The notes beneath the pieces were generated by a model that saw nothing but the letters and a program-made list of their open reading frames with translations, was not told the DNA's origin and searched no databases. A stretch of 64,000 nucleotides of DNA from a virus (taxonomy: Duplodnaviria > Caudoviricetes), in the IMG/VR virus record IMGVR_UViG_3300007754_000007, positions 1-64,000 of that record; one strand, 5' to 3'. Position 1 is the stretch's first letter, and the number at the start of each line of letters is the position of its first letter. Both the position numbers and the translations under genes were made by a program. Below, piece by piece: positions 25,526-34,026 of this stretch.

Positions 25526-25867
25526 ATGAAAAATCTGAGACGGATACTGGCTGAGGAGGGGATTTCGGATCCTATTCCGGTTCTCCGAGAACAGCACCGA
25601 GAACTCGAAAGCCAGATCCTTCGGTTCGAAGGATCTCCCGGCCCTGGAGGGGCTCGTAGGCTTCTTCAGTTCATCCTTCAACACCTACCTGAACACTTCC
25701 GACTGGAGGAGTCCAATGGGGTTTCTGGATGTCAATGCGATGAGCACCCAGGTATCCTCAATTCCGCTCGGGAGGCCCTTCAGATGAGCAATCCCTTACA
25801 GGCCACTCAGAGCTTGGTTCAGCGAATCCGAGAACATAAGTCTCGTGAAGAGGAAGCCTGGGTATGA
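25526..25867 (+). CDS. hemerythrin/HHE-like protein with LRRILAEEG leader
   Basis: EQH...HFRLEE...EH...HKSREE ligand pattern. Confidence 0.7.
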   Translation: MKNLRRILAEEGISDPIPVLREQHRELESQILRFEGSPGPGGARRLLQFILQHLPEHFRLEESNGVSGCQCDEHPGILNSAREALQMSNPLQATQSLVQRIREHKSREEEAWV

Positions 25868-26184
25868 GTACTGTCTCCCTCACTGATCCCAGGATAGCCG
25901 GAAGGATCCAGGCCTCTGAGATTGAGGGTCATACCTGCCAGGTCCTGTTCTTCGAGTGCCCTCTCTGCCCCCAACACCTGCACGCTATCCATTTCGGAAC
26001 GTGCGTGGGAACGGGGGTGATGCATTGGGACCACATTGGAGGGTCCTCTGTAGAGGACCTGACGATATCCCCGAGCTACCTTGCTCGAAGTCCCCGAGGA
26101 GGCCGGAGTCCTCGGAAGTGTCGGCTACACATCTACATTCGGTCGGGGATCATGGAGATCCTGCCTGACTCGAAGTTTGGGTAG
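25864..26184 (+). CDS. DUF6527-like protein
   Basis: FECPLC...H, W...LTISPS, C.LHIYIRSG...LPDS. Confidence 0.6.
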   Translation: MSTVSLTDPRIAGRIQASEIEGHTCQVLFFECPLCPQHLHAIHFGTCVGTGVMHWDHIGGSSVEDLTISPSYLARSPRGGRSPRKCRLHIYIRSGIMEILPDSKFG

Positions 26185-26385
26185 CAGGGCGGGAACCCAA
26201 GGGGCGTTGAGCCAGCCTTGTTGTTCCTCTGGCGAGAGATCCCGCCACCAGAGCCCTCCTTGCCGACAGAGTAGGTGGTGGGCCAGGTCGATGAGGTCGT
26301 CGATGACCCCGTTCTTGTATCCGGGAACCCGCCGTCTTCGTACCTTCATGTAGAAGTAGTCGAGGAACTGGTCTCGGACGTTCAC
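26125..26385 (-). CDS. hypothetical protein
   Basis: GTGA overlap with the upstream gene. Confidence 0.5.
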   Translation of the reverse strand: MNVRDQFLDYFYMKVRRRRVPGYKNGVIDDLIDLAHHLLCRQGGLWWRDLSPEEQQGWLNAPWVPALLPKLRVRQDLHDPRPNVDV

Positions 26386-26651
26386 GCAGCCTCGTCCTCC
26401 TTGGAGGTCTGGTTGATCAACCGACCCGAACGGATCTGCTTGGAACTCAACCCAATCAACCCTTGTTCCGAGGAGCCGGCGACCTCGCAGGCCCAGTCGC
26501 TGAAGAAGGCTTCGCGGAGGATCCTGTAGTGGATCCCGCCGGGGAGCTCCCAGACCTGGCCTGGGGAGATCTCCGTCTTCGGGGTCTTGAACCCCTTGAA
26601 GTAGACAAGCGTCGATAGGACGCCGAGGAAGAATCCGAGGGCGAAATCCAT
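26382..26651 (-). CDS. membrane-anchored hypothetical protein
   Basis: N-terminal TM segment MDFALGFFLGVLSTLVYF. Confidence 0.6.
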   Translation of the reverse strand: MDFALGFFLGVLSTLVYFKGFKTPKTEISPGQVWELPGGIHYRILREAFFSDWACEVAGSSEQGLIGLSSKQIRSGRLINQTSKEDEAA

Positions 26652-26674
26652 GAGGTTCTCCGTGTACGGGAATG

Positions 26675-27490
26675 TTACGTCCCTTGGCTGGTCGGAGAAA
26701 CCTTTGGTCGGGGAGTCCCGAGAGGCCAGCAAGATACGCAATGGTCCCGACCGCCTACGTTCCGCCACTTCCCATCTACCTCAACCCAGGTAGGGAAACG
26801 GGTCTCGCAGGAACCGCACTCATGGGAAGATTTTGGTTTCGGAGTCCTCGGTGGCTTGATCTTCCGCCCCCGGACCCAGCCTTGAGCCTTCCATTCAGGG
26901 AGTTCTGCTTTGGGGATCTTGCGGGACTTCTCCCCCAACTTGCATATCCAGGCTGTGCCGTGTTGAGAGTTCTTTTCTCCTCTATGAGTCCCTCGGTCAG
27001 CCATAGTGGTCTTCATCTTGGCTTTGGTCTCCTCGGAGTGCTTCCGACCCTTCCAAACATTTTGGAGATGTTTGGTGTTTTGGGCTCTGCGTTGTGCGGC
27101 CCATTCAGGGTCTTCCCAAAGCCTTTTTCGCGCTTCCGCCGCACGGAGAGAGATTCTTTTCCATTCCTCAGCGGTCCGGTTTTGAGCCACATAGCCCCAA
27201 CCACCATCCCCTCCAGGGCGGAGGTTGTAGGTGTCTGTTCTCTTGGCGAAGGCAGCGGTGACGAGACCCTTTTCCTTGGCATATGCCTCGACTCGGGTCT
27301 CGAAGATGAACAGGACTTCCTTCCGGAACTGATCCCGTCCGTATTTCTTGACAGCCAGGGAAATCAGATTCCCAGACCCAATGTATGCGTCGTTGGGATC
27401 CCGAGTCTTGTGGACTCCGATGTAGATCTTGCCGTTGACCAGGCACGTTGTTCGGTAGACTGTGAAGACGGGCTCGGGCAGGGTAGGCAT
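26675..27490 (-). CDS. GIY-YIG homing endonuclease 3 (NUMOD3, one GW repeat, Zn finger)
   Basis: [33 protein letters not shown]...CVSC. Confidence 0.92.
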   Translation of the reverse strand: MPTLPEPVFTVYRTTCLVNGKIYIGVHKTRDPNDAYIGSGNLISLAVKKYGRDQFRKEVLFIFETRVEAYAKEKGLVTAAFAKRTDTYNLRPGGDGGWGYVAQNRTAEEWKRISLRAAEARKRLWEDPEWAAQRRAQNTKHLQNVWKGRKHSEETKAKMKTTMADRGTHRGEKNSQHGTAWICKLGEKSRKIPKAELPEWKAQGWVRGRKIKPPRTPKPKSSHECGSCETRFPTWVEVDGKWRNVGGRDHCVSCWPLGTPRPKVSPTSQGT

Positions 27491-27522
27491 GCCCTACCAA
27501 GAGCAATAGTCTGGATAAAAAA

Positions 27523-27663
27523 GGAGGCGTGGGGAGTCGAACCCCAAGGCTTGTAGACTGTTCGCGGAGGCTTGGGTTGAAAACCCAAGCGAGTGCGGCA
27601 GTGAGAGAAGACGTTAGTCTCCGGATCCAAATTCCGGCGCTGATCCAAACAGCTTTCACCCCC
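27523..27663 (-). ncRNA. 141-nt tRNA-like RNA (G3.U70 acceptor, TTG loop, 74-nt variable region)
   Basis: GGGGGTG/CGCCTCC, GCTG/CAGC, CCGGA-ATTTGGA-TCCGG, TGGGG-TTCGACT-CCCCA. Confidence 0.7.
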
Positions 27664-27667
27664 AAGA

Positions 27668-27729
27668 TGGCGCCTCTGGTAGGACTCTAACCTACGACCT
27701 CTCGATTCGCGGTCTGGTCCCGAAGAGGC
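27668..27729 (-). pseudogene. degenerate tRNA (Arg-like 3' half, CCA)
   Basis: CGAATCGAG AGGTC GTAGG TTAGAGT CCTAC CAGAGGC GCCA; GCCTCT 5' strand present, D-arm missing. Confidence 0.65.
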
Positions 27730-28418
27730 TGAGATGGTATCGAGTAGTAGAGACTCCGGTGATCCTCTATGGTAAACCATAGAGGTGTCGCGCCAAGAAC
27801 GCGCGCACGTTTTTCTAAAAGGACTCTCTTCTTCCCTTGTGATTCGTTGTAGCCCCTCCAGAATGCATTCTGCCGGGGATGGGCCCACATTTTACACTCT
27901 ACAAGAAAGGGTCCCTCCTCAGTCTCTATGTAGAAATCCGGGAGGTACCTGCGAGACACCCCAGTTTCATCCGTATAAGTGATGACTTCAGGGCACCTCT
28001 GTATTGAAGAAACCGTATGGTTCTTCTCGAACCATACCAAGCAAACGTATTCCAGTTTGCTGTCGCAACGGATAGGAGTTCCTTGGAAATCGTAGGTGCA
28101 CCGGATAGCTTGGGAGGATTCCTCCCCTGCTTGCAAGGAGGCTATTCTGCGTTTGGAAATAGCTTCCCTCCAAGCAGGATCCTTAGCCCGGTCTTTCATG
28201 CTGCAGGACCTTGAGCAGAATCGGTTGGTTTTCCTACTCCGAGGTCGGAACGGGGTTCCGCAAAAAGCGCAAGGGATCTTTGGCCTCTGCTTTTTCTGCT
28301 TCAACGTCTTGCTGACGCGAGCGTTGATATACCTTCGTGAGCAAGCCTTGGTGCAGAACCGCCCAGACCCATAATCCCCAGTGTGAGGTTTTCCACATTG
28401 TTCGCAGCTTTTCGTCAT
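27687..28418 (-). CDS. free-standing PD-(D/E)xK (TnsA-like) endonuclease with Zn fingers
   Basis: CEQC...FCTKAC, CAFC...FCSRSC, DSKLE...YLPDFYI...LVECK. Confidence 0.8.
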   Translation of the reverse strand: MTKSCEQCGKPHTGDYGSGRFCTKACSRRYINARVSKTLKQKKQRPKIPCAFCGTPFRPRSRKTNRFCSRSCSMKDRAKDPAWREAISKRRIASLQAGEESSQAIRCTYDFQGTPIRCDSKLEYVCLVWFEKNHTVSSIQRCPEVITYTDETGVSRRYLPDFYIETEEGPFLVECKMWAHPRQNAFWRGYNESQGKKRVLLEKRARVLGATPLWFTIEDHRSLYYSIPSQPLRDQTANREVVG

Positions 28419-28450
28419 CCCAACAGGTCTGAGTATAAACAAGTGAGTAG

Positions 28451-28524
28451 TGCGCCCAGGAGGACTCGAACCCCCAATCCCGGGATCCGTAGTCCCGTGC
28501 CTTATCCAGTTGGGCCATGAGCGC
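28451..28524 (-). tRNA. tRNA-Arg(ACG)
   Basis: CGGGA-CT-ACG-GA-TCCCG. Confidence 0.9.
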
Positions 28525-28529
28525 AGAAT

Positions 28530-29020
28530 GGGCATAGTCGGTTGACGCAAAACCCCCAGAAGGGGGGCGGGGGACTCGGGACCACTGCCCAACTCTGCCG
28601 TGTCCTGACCTGATTACATGCGCCCAAAGGGTTGGTTTGTCTTCACAGGCTTCGTGGGACAGAGGTGGCGTCGCGAGCGTTTAATCTCCCGTAGGAGAAC
28701 CACTTGTCATTTCCACCGGGCAACTTGATGATTCCCACTCTCCCGCCTCGCGGCGGATGTCTCGCGTAAACCGAGGAATCCGTAGTACCTGGAATCTCCC
28801 CTGCTTGACCGCTGAGCCACCAGCAAGCCAAGCCGAAGTTGTTTCGGAGTGTCGCCCCCTTTACCGCAACCCGAATGGGCTGGCAGGTGACAACTTCTCC
28901 CGGGGCAGACGCTCCCACTCCCTGGTGAGGAGAGGCTTCGTTAGGGATCGGTCACGGTCGGTTCCCTCCCCCCTCAGGGGTTGGTGAGCCGCCGTCCGAC
29001 GTCTGACCCGTTGACAATCC
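28530..29020 (-). ncRNA. candidate large structured ncRNA (possibly GOLLD-like)
   Basis: about 500 nt without a credible ORF, many hairpins, between two Arg tRNAs, downstream of a boxA-like motif. Confidence 0.45.
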
Positions 29021-29026
29021 ATATTC

Positions 29027-29040
29027 GCGATTTCAAAGAA
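29027..29040 (-). promoter_or_regulatory. boxA-like antitermination motif TTCTTTGAAATCGC
   Basis: 13-bp exact copy at 33952-33964. Confidence 0.45.
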
Positions 29041-29066
29041 GTCCTGGTCTGTACCAGGAAAGCGAG

Positions 29067-29140
29067 CGCGCCCAGGAGGACTTGAACCCCCAACCTCGAG
29101 TTCCGGAAACTCGCGCTCTGTCCAGTTGAGCTATGGGCGC
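29067..29140 (-). tRNA. tRNA-Arg(CCG)
   Basis: CGAGT-TT-CCG-GA-ACTCG. Confidence 0.9.
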
Positions 29141-29149
29141 TAAACGCGA

Positions 29150-29181
29150 GAACCCCGGCTTCCCTTTCGGGGCCGGGGTCC
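29150..29181. terminator. GC-rich hairpin, terminator-like
   Basis: ACCCCGGC...GCCGGGGT stem. Confidence 0.45.
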
Positions 29182-29522
29182 TTTCGGTTTCAGCGTTGGT
29201 TTGCTGCTACCTCAGGGACCCCTCCCCGGCCTTCGCGGTTGCATCCTGATTCCGATGATCTTCTGGACGCACCACGACTGGCCGAATCTCCGTACCAGGG
29301 CGTCGACAGACACCCGTGGCTCCGGTCCCGATTTGGGCAGCAGCGTTGGTGGAAGAGAAGAACACGTTTTGGTCTCGGGTATGCGACCGGGGCCGCCGTT
29401 CTACATTCGGTATACCGCCTGATCGGGACTGCGAAAACCCCCTGCCCTAAAAACTTCCTCGGAGTCCATCCCGAATAGCTGAGCTATATGCATGGGCGGG
29501 TTGTACTGTCTACGGAGAGATC

Positions 29523-30098
29523 ATGTCCCTCAACAAAAAAGATTTGGCTCTGACTCAAAAGATCAATGCTCAACTAAACCCTACGACACATATGGCGGTT
29601 CAAAAGACCATGTCTCATCAAGATATCTCTCGCCTCCCTGCCGTCAAGGACCTCATGAACAGGGTCCGCCGGGACAAGAAGATCGAGAAGTATATCCAGG
29701 ACCAGTTCCGGGCCTACTTCGATCGGAACAAGAACCAGCCTGCTGTCTCCCCCGGGATGGGCCGTATCCTCGGTGATGAGTTCAACGCTTCCCTTCTCGA
29801 GCATGCGGACCGTGCGGTGCAGAAGGCGTTCATCATCCTGCAGGACCAGTCGGGCCTCGACGAGGATGACCTCCTGGACGCCCTGGACGCTGAGGTCATC
29901 AGCTGGCTCAACCGCGAGTACCCTGACCGCGTGCAGGATCAGATCCTCTCCGAGATGGCGGCGGACCACGTCGACCAGATGGACTACGAGCGGGATCCCT
30001 CCGGATACCACGGCGTCCGGAACCGGGACTTCCTCGCGGGCGGGCGGGAAGAAACCAAGAAGGCTGCGGCTCTCGAGCAGAAGCTCTTCGGGGCGTAG
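29523..30098 (+). CDS. hypothetical protein
   Basis: 191-aa ORF, GGAG RBS, CTAT upstream. Confidence 0.7.
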   Translation: MSLNKKDLALTQKINAQLNPTTHMAVQKTMSHQDISRLPAVKDLMNRVRRDKKIEKYIQDQFRAYFDRNKNQPAVSPGMGRILGDEFNASLLEHADRAVQKAFIILQDQSGLDEDDLLDALDAEVISWLNREYPDRVQDQILSEMAADHVDQMDYERDPSGYHGVRNRDFLAGGREETKKAAALEQKLFGA

Positions 30099-30247
30099 TT
30101 CCTCAGAACCCTCTGCGGTGCGCCATCCGGATCCCATCCCCCTCATGATCGTGGGGTTGGGAGAGGAACTCCCTCTCGAAGTGCTCTACGCTGAAGAGCA
30201 TGCTCAGGACCTCTTCCGAAGGTGGGATCCCTCGGAACTGAGAGCAG

Positions 30248-30793
30248 ATGCTATGGCCCAGAGAGAGGTCGTGTAGGACGCCGAGACGGTTGCACTCTGG
30301 GTTCCAACGGGACGTGATTCGGTACGTGTGGCCGGTGAAGTTCCCGATCGCCAAAGAGAACCTGGTCCTTGCCAAGGATGTCTCTGCGGGAGACAAGCCT
30401 GCGGTGGGGGACAAGGTCACTGTGGAGATCTTCGGGAAGGACCGCGAAGGAACCGTCAAGAAGATCCACTCCTCCGGCGACATGGCTGACGTGGACTTCG
30501 GGAAGGGCGATGTCTATGGGATCACCTTCTCCCGGATGAAGAGCGCCTCCCAGGATGTCTCCGCTGCCATGGACATGACCGACTGGAAGCCCCACGAGCG
30601 TTGGGACGGTCTTGTTGGGCTCCGCGCGGGTACGGAGATCTACATCGACGGGAAGGTGATCGGGATCGCCGTCGCTGACGGCCTCGCGAAGAAGAGAGGC
30701 CGTCAAATCCAGCTTCGGGTCCAGGACGTCGGAGGCGGCACCAACGAGGTATTCCTGGGTCCCGAAGACATCCGCGCCCTGGCCCGGATGTAG
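30248..30793 (+). CDS. hypothetical protein with small beta-rich (SH3-like) modules; start uncertain
   Basis: VGDKVTVEIFG...GTVKKI...DVDFG. Confidence 0.55.
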   Translation: MLWPRERSCRTPRRLHSGFQRDVIRYVWPVKFPIAKENLVLAKDVSAGDKPAVGDKVTVEIFGKDREGTVKKIHSSGDMADVDFGKGDVYGITFSRMKSASQDVSAAMDMTDWKPHERWDGLVGLRAGTEIYIDGKVIGIAVADGLAKKRGRQIQLRVQDVGGGTNEVFLGPEDIRALARM

Positions 30794-30795
30794 GC

Positions 30796-31086
30796 TCAGC
30801 GAGCCTCGCGGAGAATCTGAAGAGGGCGAGCGTCCGCGCCGACCCCGACGCTCATGGTGCCGTTGTGCATGAACGCGGCCCAGCCGGATTCCTCTCCCTG
30901 GAACAGCATCAGAGGCCCCTGGTTGGTCAGCCTCCACCCCTTGAAGGTGGCTCGCTGATCCTCTCTTCCGTCGTAGATCCAGTACGACTTCCCCGCCTTC
31001 ACATCCTCGGGGCCCATCCCTCGGGCCTCAACAGGCTTCGGTACGGGAAGAAGATTCTCTTCAGCCAGGATTCTACGTAGGGACAT
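30796..31086 (-). CDS. small protein with LRRILAEE leader
   Basis: begins MSLRRILAEENLL; AGGAG RBS. Confidence 0.7.
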   Translation of the reverse strand: MSLRRILAEENLLPVPKPVEARGMGPEDVKAGKSYWIYDGREDQRATFKGWRLTNQGPLMLFQGEESGWAAFMHNGTMSVGVGADARPLQILREAR

Positions 31087-31140
31087 GGGGTACTCCTACT
31101 CGGGAAGGAGGGATACCTCCACTACCGTTCCTGGAGGGCA

Positions 31141-31446
31141 CTATCTCCTACGTTGGGCCTCTCGACGACGCGTCCTGTAGACCTTGGTCTTCCGGGCAGG
31201 ATCCTGCTTGGCAATCCACTGCACGGCCTTGGCATACTCAGGATTGGCTAACAGCCCCTCTACGCTGGCGAGACTGGATCCCTCGGCGGCCAACTCACGG
31301 TTCGAGAAGAACCGGTGAATCGTGGAATGACACATCGCACAGATGTCCACAGTGAGGTTCGGATCCACCTTCCTTGTTCGTAGGTGGTGCTCCGAGATCC
31401 TCCGCTCCGGTACGTCTCTCTTACAGAGCGGACAGTTCTGGGTCAT
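31141..31446 (-). CDS. small HNH endonuclease-like protein
   Basis: CPLC...EHHL...CAMCHSTIH. Confidence 0.75.
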   Translation of the reverse strand: MTQNCPLCKRDVPERRISEHHLRTRKVDPNLTVDICAMCHSTIHRFFSNRELAAEGSSLASVEGLLANPEYAKAVQWIAKQDPARKTKVYRTRRREAQRRR

Positions 31447-31461
31447 CGGATGTACCCGGGA

Positions 31462-32319
31462 TCAAGATTCTTTCCAGGTCTTTCCTCGGACAACGTGATG
31501 GATCGCCACATAGGAGACCTCAAACCGGGCGGCTAAAGACGCCTGTGTTGTCCCTCCCTCTCGATATATTCTCCGAATCTCACGTACCTTTTCCCAGGTG
31601 AGCTTGGCAAGAGGATGATTTTCCCCGGAAGAGGGCTGGCGGGTTTTAGGTGGTCTCCTCCCGAGACTCCATCCCTCTTGGAGCATAGCTTGGACTTCCG
31701 ATTCGAAGATCTTGCGGGCCATCCCTTTTGGAGGATGCATCCAAACCCGGTTCTGTCTCTGTTTACCCCTCCACCCTTGAGCTTCCCATTTCGGGACTTC
31801 TTCTGGAAGAACGTAGAGTGTCTCTGAGCCTTTGGACATCCGAACCTTCCCTTTGATCGGGGAAGGTCTCGGAGGCCCGCACCTTTTCCCACGCCCCCGC
31901 TTCCAACCCAGAACCATCCACTCCCCCACCACTTCCTTCCGGACCTTCCGGGGCTTCTCTCCCCCCATCCAAATCCATACTGTTCCGTGTTGGGAGTTCT
32001 TTTCTCCCTTCTGGCCGTCGTACCAGCCTCCGATTGCCCCACCTTCTCTCAGGTTGTAGGTATCGGCGCGCTTGGCGAAGGCAGCGGTGACGAGCTCCTT
32101 CTCCTTGGCGTATGCCTCGGCTCGAGACTCGAAAATGAACAGGACTTCCTTCTGGAACTGATCTCGCCCGTACTTCTTGACAGCCCGCGAGATCAGATTC
32201 CCTGAGCCCAGGTAACGGTCGTCGGGGTCTCGAGTCTTGTGAACGCCGATGTAAATCTTGCCGTTGGCAAGGCAGGTCGTTTGATAGACGGTGTAGACGG
32301 CAGGAGGTTTGGTAGGCAT
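31462..32319 (-). CDS. GIY-YIG homing endonuclease 4 (three GW repeats, C-terminal HTH)
   Basis: [17 protein letters not shown]; AKLTWEKVREIR...LAARFEVS...KTWK. Confidence 0.92.
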   Translation of the reverse strand: MPTKPPAVYTVYQTTCLANGKIYIGVHKTRDPDDRYLGSGNLISRAVKKYGRDQFQKEVLFIFESRAEAYAKEKELVTAAFAKRADTYNLREGGAIGGWYDGQKGEKNSQHGTVWIWMGGEKPRKVRKEVVGEWMVLGWKRGRGKRCGPPRPSPIKGKVRMSKGSETLYVLPEEVPKWEAQGWRGKQRQNRVWMHPPKGMARKIFESEVQAMLQEGWSLGRRPPKTRQPSSGENHPLAKLTWEKVREIRRIYREGGTTQASLAARFEVSYVAIHHVVRGKTWKES

Positions 32320-32351
32320 GCCCTAAACGGGCGATAGCCAAACCAAAATGG
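31462..32351 (-). mobile_element. GIY-YIG element inserted in the T-loop of tRNA-Leu(TAA)
   Basis: junction GTCAGTTCG^CCATTTTGGTTTGGCTATCG; right boundary uncertain. Confidence 0.7.
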
Positions 32352-32419
32352 CGAACTGACAAACTCACAAGGAGCGACGCATTTTAAGTGCGATGTGTAG
32401 ACCCTTCCACCACGGGGGC
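32352..32419 (-). pseudogene. tRNA-Leu(TAA) truncated at the T-loop
   Basis: CGCA-CT-TAA-AA-TGCG, long variable arm, ends at TTCG. Confidence 0.85.
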
Positions 32420-32426
32420 ACAGTAG

Positions 32427-33494
32427 CTACAGAGCGGGCTGTGGCCTCGGGGCTTCCTCGGAGGTCTTGGTCTCCTTGGTCCCTGCGCGCTCCACGACCT
32501 CGCCGAAGTACGGGACCAAGAAGTCCTGCTCGTCCGCCACTGAGTAGAAGACCCCGTACATGAACTTGTAGGCACGGCGGGTCTCCAGCTGGACGACCTC
32601 TACGACGGAGATGCCCGTAGGGAAGTTGTCCAGGGTCGCCATCGTCTGCAGAGGGCGCTGGTCCAGGACGAAGTCACGGAGCCATCCGTTCCAGAGCTTC
32701 TGGGAACCCGAACCGCAGGTCTGGTTGTGGAACATGTCCTTCCACCAGTCGAGATCAGCCTCGCCGTCCTCCAGGGTGTTCCGGATCTTGGCGATGTGCG
32801 CCGCGACGATGTCCAGGTAGGGACGGGCCTTGTCCAAGTAGGCGGTCAGGCTGCTCAGGTAGAGCAGGAAGGTGTCCCAGTCCGTGACCGTTCCTGTGAT
32901 CCGGACCTTGGGGATCCCGCACAGATACATCATGTAGTTGTAGTACGGGGAGACGGCGTCCATGAACGCGGCCGTGGTGGCCTGTCGGGAGATCGGAGTC
33001 GACGTCGAGAACTCCGGGATGAACACGTCGGGACTCACCGGGCACTTCTCCCGGAGGAGGGGGAGGAAGTCCTCGATGGAGATATTCTCCACGGTGCCGG
33101 GAACCAGCAGGCTCTCCTTCCCCGGGGTGCGGGTGAACAGGTCCCGGTAGTGGTCGGCGTGGGCCTTGATGTGGGTCGCAAGCTCGGACAGGACCACGTA
33201 CCAGAGGGTCTCGGGTCCGATCACCACGCCGCGATGGAGCGCGTAGCAGCGCGCGACGTACTCGAAGAAGCTCTTGTGCTGGTGGTCGTTCGCCGTTCCG
33301 GTGCGCTCCCGAACCCGGTCCTTTGTCTTGAGACGTCGCTCCTGGTAGGTGCGGCCGTCCACGGTCACAGGCCGGGTCTCCCACTCCTTCCCCGTGAGGG
33401 AGTTGAGCCAGTTCTGCCGCGCCTCCTCGAAGGTCTTCTTGTAGGGTTCGCGGCGAGGAACGACCTCGAGACTGGGATCCAGGGTGATGAGCAT
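32427..33494 (-). CDS. DUF4419-like protein
   Basis: YALHRGVVIGPETLW, FSTST, CGIPKVRITGTVTDW, NGWL. Confidence 0.8.
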   Translation of the reverse strand: MLITLDPSLEVVPRREPYKKTFEEARQNWLNSLTGKEWETRPVTVDGRTYQERRLKTKDRVRERTGTANDHQHKSFFEYVARCYALHRGVVIGPETLWYVVLSELATHIKAHADHYRDLFTRTPGKESLLVPGTVENISIEDFLPLLREKCPVSPDVFIPEFSTSTPISRQATTAAFMDAVSPYYNYMMYLCGIPKVRITGTVTDWDTFLLYLSSLTAYLDKARPYLDIVAAHIAKIRNTLEDGEADLDWWKDMFHNQTCGSGSQKLWNGWLRDFVLDQRPLQTMATLDNFPTGISVVEVVQLETRRAYKFMYGVFYSVADEQDFLVPYFGEVVERAGTKETKTSEEAPRPQPAL

Positions 33495-33545
33495 CAGGTT
33501 CTCCGGAGTTGGTTCCCCAGGTTACCGCTGGCAGTGTTGAAAGAG

Positions 33546-33631
33546 AGGGGGCGGCAGGATTCGAACCTGCTCTGCCCGTTACGGACGCCGGGTTTACAGC
33601 CCAGCTGGCACACCAGTGCGCGACTACCCCA
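33546..33631 (-). tRNA. tRNA-Tyr(GTA)
   Basis: CTGGG-CT-GTA-AA-CCCGG, long variable arm. Confidence 0.8.
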
Positions 33632-33707
33632 GGTGAGGGCGCTTGCCTTCAATGCCTATGACGATGATCAAGTTGAACCAGGAGGCCCAAGAACCCTCAG
33701 AAGTGGA

Positions 33708-33790
33708 TGCGAGGAGGGGGACTCGAACCCCCAAGCCCCGAAGGGCACCGAATCCTCATTCCGGCGCGTATTCCGTTCCGCCACTCACGC
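33708..33790 (-). tRNA. tRNA-Leu(GAG), imperfect acceptor stem
   Basis: CCGGA-AT-GAG-GA-TTCGG, variable arm GCCCTTCGGGGC. Confidence 0.8.
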
Positions 33791-33794
33791 GAGG

Positions 33795-33830
33795 TGCGAG
33801 GATGGCGTATTCCGTTCCGCCATCCTCGCA
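33795..33830 (-). repeat. hairpin duplicating the tRNA-Leu acceptor stem and D-arm
   Basis: TGCGAGGATGGCG-GAACGGAATA-CGCCATCCTCGCA. Confidence 0.8.
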
Positions 33831-33989
33831 GATGAGCTTCCCTGCTCCCCTCTGGGGAGGGAACAGGAGGTGGTCGCCCGGGGAGGACTTGCTCAAGGAC
33901 CTCGCTCTCCCCTCGACAGAGGAAGGGAGGCGGAACCACCTACAAGAGCTTGCGATTTCAAAGATGCTTGGGGCGGTTCCCCAAAACCA

Positions 33990-34026
33990 GGAACCCCCGC
34001 CCGCCGGTTGGGCCGGCGGGGGGTCC
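33990..34026. terminator. GC-rich hairpin upstream of the tRNA cluster
   Basis: ACCCCCGCC...GGCGGGGGGT stem. Confidence 0.45.

Noticed and set aside
27523-27663. Canonical tmRNA (ssrA)
   Set aside because: Only 141 nt, with no clear tag reading frame or pseudoknot series; kept as a tRNA-like RNA.
28530-29020. RNase P RNA
   Set aside because: The GAGGAAAGTCC and AACCCGGCTTA signature segments were not found on either strand.
31450-31470. GAATCTTGATCCCGGGTA as the missing 3' end of tRNA-Leu(TAA)
   Set aside because: It does not pair well with GTCAG or GCCCCCG (expected CTGAC CGGGGGC).
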